64,000 nt of DNA from positions 1-64,000 of the forward strand of contig JAWAEV010000003.1 in assembly GCA_038891095.1 (NCBI GenBank). Reading direction: 5' to 3'. The position numbers were made by a program, and so were the translations under genes. Shown here piece by piece: positions 60,239 to 64,000 of this stretch. The DNA is from Candidatus Altiarchaeota archaeon (GTDB lineage Archaea > Altiarchaeota > Altiarchaeia > IMC4 > QMZM01). Under the pieces are notes generated by a model, which did not search any database, was not told the origin of the DNA, and worked only from the letters and a program-made list of their open reading frames with translations. Positions within the stretch are counted from its first letter, which is position 1; every line of letters begins with the position of its first letter.

Positions 60239-62176
60239 TTAAATTTTAAATTCTTTTGAAACTTTTTTACCATCGACTAAAGCATATCTAAGAACATCAC
60301 TAAGTGTTTCTGCAGTTAGAATTTCAATTTTACCTTCATATTTCTTATCAAGAAGAACATCACTTTCATTACTTTTTGGAATAACAACTTTTTTTAGACC
60401 AGCATCTATTGCTGCCTCAATTTTCTGAGTTACACCGCCAACAGGGAGAACTTCGCCCCTTATTGTTAGTGATCCTGTCATTCCAACAGATTGGTCAATT
60501 TCTATGTTTTTCAAAGCAGAAATTACTGCGACTGCTACAGAAATACTTGCTGAATCACCTTCAACACCCTCATAAGTTTGCAAGAATTGGACAAATATAT
60601 CATACTTCTCTTTTATATCCTCACCATAGGCTTTCATAATAACAGCAGAAACATTTTTGATAGCTTCTTTTGCAATTTCTCCAAGTTTACCAGTTGCAAT
60701 AATCTCAGATTTTTTACCACCAGGTGCAACTTCTGCTTCAATTGGCATCACTATACCAGATTCACCTAAAACAGCTAAGCCATTGACTCTGCCAATTCTT
60801 CTACCTGAAGTTACTAAAACCTTGTACTCCTTTCTTCTTTCAATATAGATGTCACCTATTTGATGTTCTAATGTCCTTGCAGATTTTTTACCCTCAATAA
60901 CATCCTCAAGAGTCACATATCTATGGCCTTTCTCCTTTGCTATATCCCCAGAAGCCCTAATAAGGCCCCCCATTTCTCTAAATTTTAAACTAAGTTTACC
61001 CTTCATACCTGCCTTTCTTTTAAATTCTTGTATAATCTCTTCAACAGCCTCTTTTGTGAAGTGTGGTATTTTTCTATCTTTTTCAACTTCTTGAGCAACA
61101 AATTGCACAATTTTCTTTCTTGTTTCATTTGTGTCTGGAGCTACATCTTCCATATAAATTTCATAGCCATAACCCCTTATTCTTGATCTAAGAGCTGGAT
61201 GCATTTGCTCAATAACATGGTAATTACCTGCAGCAACTAAAATGAAATCACATGGCACAGGCTCCGTGATTACCATTGCTCCTGAGCTCATTTCACTTCT
61301 ACCGGTTATAGCAAGTTTCTTATCTTGCATAGCTGTCAATAAATCTTGTTGTGATTTCCCAAGAGTTCCAATTTCATCAATAAACAAAACACCTTTATGT
61401 GCTTTATGTATCATCCCAGCAACAACTCTTAAGTGTGCAGGAGTTCCTAAACCACCTGTTTGTAATGGGTCGTGTTTAATATCTCCTAATAATGCTCCAG
61501 CGTGGGCACCAGTTGCATCATAAAATGGTGCAGTTTTTCTGTCCGAGTTATCGACTATAAGTAATGGTACATTTGTTTTAAATGCTCCAATCATCATTGT
61601 TCTGATGTTTAAATTTGAAAATAAAAGGAAGAAGAAACCCAATGCCATAACTACCAAAAAGGGCATTTCAGAAACTTGTACTCCTTGAAGAACTAAATAG
61701 AAATATGCAATCAAGGGAAATATAAAAAAAAGCAATACATAGAACATAGGATTAGGTCTTTTTCCTTTTTCATTTGATAATTCTTTATTTCTTTCAGCTT
61801 TGATAATTTTCCTACCTTCACCAGCAGGCACAACCCTTATCTTTGGGTTATTTTCATCTTCAAAATTTGGATAAGCAAGAATATCAACTAAATCCTCAGA
61901 TGGTAGAAGCTCAGCCATCGCATTTGCGAGCATGCTCTTACCAGTTCCCGGCTCTCCAATAAGAAGAACATTTCTCCTCTGTTTTGCAGCTTTTTTTATA
62001 ATTTCAACTGCTTTATCCTGGCCTATAACTTGGTCTATCAATTTTCTTGGGATTTCAATTTCATCTGTTGTCTCGAAATCATCCCAAGATTTCATATCTT
62101 CAACTTTCTTCTTTTGTTTCTTAACCTGCTCAGTTGTTGTATCTGCTTTTACAGCCTCTTTCTTTCCAGAATCCAT
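60239..62176 (-). CDS. lonB: Membrane-anchored LonB protease
   Basis: GEPGTGKS, two TM insert, FIDEI, EGDSAS (Ser), GGVTQK (Lys). Confidence 0.95.
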   Translation of the reverse strand: MDSGKKEAVKADTTTEQVKKQKKKVEDMKSWDDFETTDEIEIPRKLIDQVIGQDKAVEIIKKAAKQRRNVLLIGEPGTGKSMLANAMAELLPSEDLVDILAYPNFEDENNPKIRVVPAGEGRKIIKAERNKELSNEKGKRPNPMFYVLLFFIFPLIAYFYLVLQGVQVSEMPFLVVMALGFFFLLFSNLNIRTMMIGAFKTNVPLLIVDNSDRKTAPFYDATGAHAGALLGDIKHDPLQTGGLGTPAHLRVVAGMIHKAHKGVLFIDEIGTLGKSQQDLLTAMQDKKLAITGRSEMSSGAMVITEPVPCDFILVAAGNYHVIEQMHPALRSRIRGYGYEIYMEDVAPDTNETRKKIVQFVAQEVEKDRKIPHFTKEAVEEIIQEFKRKAGMKGKLSLKFREMGGLIRASGDIAKEKGHRYVTLEDVIEGKKSARTLEHQIGDIYIERRKEYKVLVTSGRRIGRVNGLAVLGESGIVMPIEAEVAPGGKKSEIIATGKLGEIAKEAIKNVSAVIMKAYGEDIKEKYDIFVQFLQTYEGVEGDSASISVAVAVISALKNIEIDQSVGMTGSLTIRGEVLPVGGVTQKIEAAIDAGLKKVVIPKSNESDVLLDKKYEGKIEILTAETLSDVLRYALVDGKKVSKEFKI

Positions 62177-62235
62177 CTCATCTTATAATAAAAATTGTAA
62201 AAAGAAAAATTAGATATTTAGTAGACGATAAAATT

Positions 62236-63207
62236 TTACCAAACTATTTTTACTTCGTCTGCTCTAAAATTTTGCTTTACTACCGTTTCTTCTATCCTTT
62301 GTTTTACTCCTGCAGAATACATTTTTGAGCCAAGTATTGCGATCATAACACCATTATCGCTACAATACCCTTTTGGAAAAGAGAATTTTGCTTTGTGCTC
62401 TTTTACCATAGTACTTAACATCTCTTGAAGTCTTAAATTATTTGCAACTCCTCCAACAAGAAGAAGTTCATTCACTTTCAAGTGAGCCAATGCTCTTTCA
62501 GTAACTTCAGCAAGCATTGCAAAGGAAGTTTCTTGTAATGAGAAGCAGACATCCTCTAAAGGAAAAAATTTTGCTTTTTCTATAGCAGATGTTAAAACTC
62601 CAGAAAATGATAGGTCTGTACCTTTAACTACATATGGTAACTCAATATATTTTTTACCTTTTTTTGCGAGTTCTTCTATTTTTGGACCAGCAGGATGTTC
62701 TAAACCTAATTCTCTACCAAATTTATCGAGCATATTACCTATTCCAATATCAATAGTCTCACCGAAAATTCTATAATAGCCATGATTTAACTTTAAAATT
62801 TGTGTATTGCCACCAGAAACATACAAGCACAAAGGATCTAAAAATTTGCTAAAAAATTTTCCAATTTCAATATGAGCTATGCAATGGTTTACCCCTAACA
62901 AAGGAATTTTATGATGTAAAGCCAAAGCTCTTGCTCCTGTAGCAATAGTTCTTAGACAAGGTCCCATTCCAGGTCCTTGAGAAAATGCAATAAGGTCAAT
63001 TTCATTAAAATTTAAATTTGCTTGAGATAGTGCTAAATTTATTGCTGTGCTATAGTTATCACCTAAGAACTGTGCAGCTTCTCTTGGATGAATTCCATAT
63101 CTTGCTTTGTAAATCTTTCTAACATCTGCTAAAATTTTTTCTTTTTCTGAATCAAAAATTCCTACGCCGAGAGTGTGGGCAGTTCCTTCAATACCAAGAG
63201 TTATCAT
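62236..63207 (-). CDS. kae1: Kae1/TsaD t6A synthesis protein (KEOPS)
   Basis: LGIEGTAHT, GIHPREAA, SQGPG, NHCIAHIE, YVSGGNTQ, DNGVMIA. Confidence 0.95.
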   Translation of the reverse strand: MITLGIEGTAHTLGVGIFDSEKEKILADVRKIYKARYGIHPREAAQFLGDNYSTAINLALSQANLNFNEIDLIAFSQGPGMGPCLRTIATGARALALHHKIPLLGVNHCIAHIEIGKFFSKFLDPLCLYVSGGNTQILKLNHGYYRIFGETIDIGIGNMLDKFGRELGLEHPAGPKIEELAKKGKKYIELPYVVKGTDLSFSGVLTSAIEKAKFFPLEDVCFSLQETSFAMLAEVTERALAHLKVNELLLVGGVANNLRLQEMLSTMVKEHKAKFSFPKGYCSDNGVMIAILGSKMYSAGVKQRIEETVVKQNFRADEVKIVW

Positions 63208-63264
63208 TTTATCCTAAAATTACAATAATAAATTTGTTTTTAATTTTTATTACTTGAAAATAAT

Positions 63265-63284
63265 ATATTGATGTTCATCAATAT
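63265..63284. promoter_or_regulatory. 9-2-9 inverted repeat, likely ArsR autoregulatory operator
   Basis: ATATTGATG-TT-CATCAATAT ending 6 bp before the ArsR ATG. Confidence 0.7.
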
Positions 63285-63290
63285 TTTATA

Positions 63291-63596
63291 ATGAAAGAGG
63301 CTCTAAAAATTTTAAATGCATTAGCAGATGAAACAAGGTTAAAAATATTAGAATTCTTGTTAGATGGTGAGAAATGCGTCTGTGAAATATTTCCTTATGT
63401 TAAAAGGAAACAATCAACAGTTTCAATCCAACTAAAAAAACTTGAAAATCTTGGTGTTGTGAAATCTAAAAGAAAAGGCAGAAAAACTTTTTATAGTATC
63501 AAAGATTTTAGGGTTTTTGATGTTTTCAGAGCGTTAGGATATGCAAAAGGAAAAATTTTTAAATTTTATGAAAATGACTTAAAGCAAAAATCGTAG
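63291..63596 (+). CDS. ArsR/SmtB family regulator
   Basis: ALADETRLKIL, EKCVCEI, QSTVS.QL..L. Confidence 0.92.
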   Translation: MKEALKILNALADETRLKILEFLLDGEKCVCEIFPYVKRKQSTVSIQLKKLENLGVVKSKRKGRKTFYSIKDFRVFDVFRALGYAKGKIFKFYENDLKQKS

Positions 63597-63623
63597 AAAG
63601 ACCGGAATTAAAATTTAAAGAAA

Positions 63624-64000
63624 ATGGAAAATAAAAAAATTTTGGCAGGGATTTTTACACTTTTGTTTTTAATTTCTTGCTGTATTGATAGCAAAAAAGA
63701 AAATTTGCAAGAAGTGAAAACGACAGAGATAACAGAGTTAACTATGGTAACATCAACTCAAGAAACAACATCTACTATAGCAACAACGACAAAATTACTT
63801 ACTACAAAAATTTTAACTACAATAACATATACTAAAATTCCTTTTGCCAATCTTGTGAAGTTATCATTCTCAACAGACAAAGAAATTTATCATTCAAATG
63901 AAATAATGAAAATTAAAGTCCTTATTAATGCAGAAGAAGAAATGAATAATGTTCCTGTTAAGATATATGGAATTATGTCAGGATACTACAGACTACAGAT
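63624..64000 (+). CDS. Secreted/lipoprotein-like protein with Thr-rich linker, truncated by window end
   Basis: MENKKILAGIFTLLFLISCCIDSKK..., Thr-rich stretch, STDKEIYHSNE; open to 64000. Confidence 0.75.
   Translation, partial: MENKKILAGIFTLLFLISCCIDSKKENLQEVKTTEITELTMVTSTQETTSTIATTTKLLTTKILTTITYTKIPFANLVKLSFSTDKEIYHSNEIMKIKVLINAEEEMNNVPVKIYGIMSGYYRLQ

Noticed and set aside
614-62328. Numerous 60-150 aa ORFs antisense to or nested in recognised genes
   Set aside because: Shadow frames of A-rich coding strands, with no motifs.

Overview
AT-rich (roughly 30% GC by eye), gene-dense archaeal chromosomal segment. The gene content suggests a DPANN-associated lineage, possibly Altiarchaeota; this is inference only. 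Most of it is core machinery. A ~14 kb co-oriented run holds rpoH, an unsplit rpoB, a fused rpoA1/A2, ribosomal proteins, rpoN, rpoK, ahcY and a speB/DHS-like/pdaD polyamine block. Elsewhere are a preQ0 operon (queD/C/E, mptA), nadC/nadX, dnaG, gatD, topo VI, enolase, tiaS, srp54, minD, MCM, HMG-CoA synthase/thiolase/DUF35, a bacterial-type metK, radA, lonB and kae1, plus two tRNAs (intron-containing Arg-TCT and initiator Met). I saw no CRISPR array, transposase, integrase or rRNA. The most unusual signals are non-coding. (1) An exact 13-bp word TGTAGTGCCTAAC occurs four times, always at gene boundaries. It supplies the stop codon in two cases and contains an integron-like GCCTAAC/GTTAGGC core. 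(2) A GC-rich inverted repeat brackets nadX. (3) A GC-stemmed 77-nt structured element upstream of enolase shares a GGGUCAY hairpin loop with that repeat. (4) A ~30-bp-stem hairpin lies in the dnaG leader. Unusual proteins include a nearly foot-less fused RNAP A subunit, a protease-less Zn-ribbon Lon ATPase and a pilin-like/M64 peptidase fusion. All family calls come from motif recognition, not database searches.
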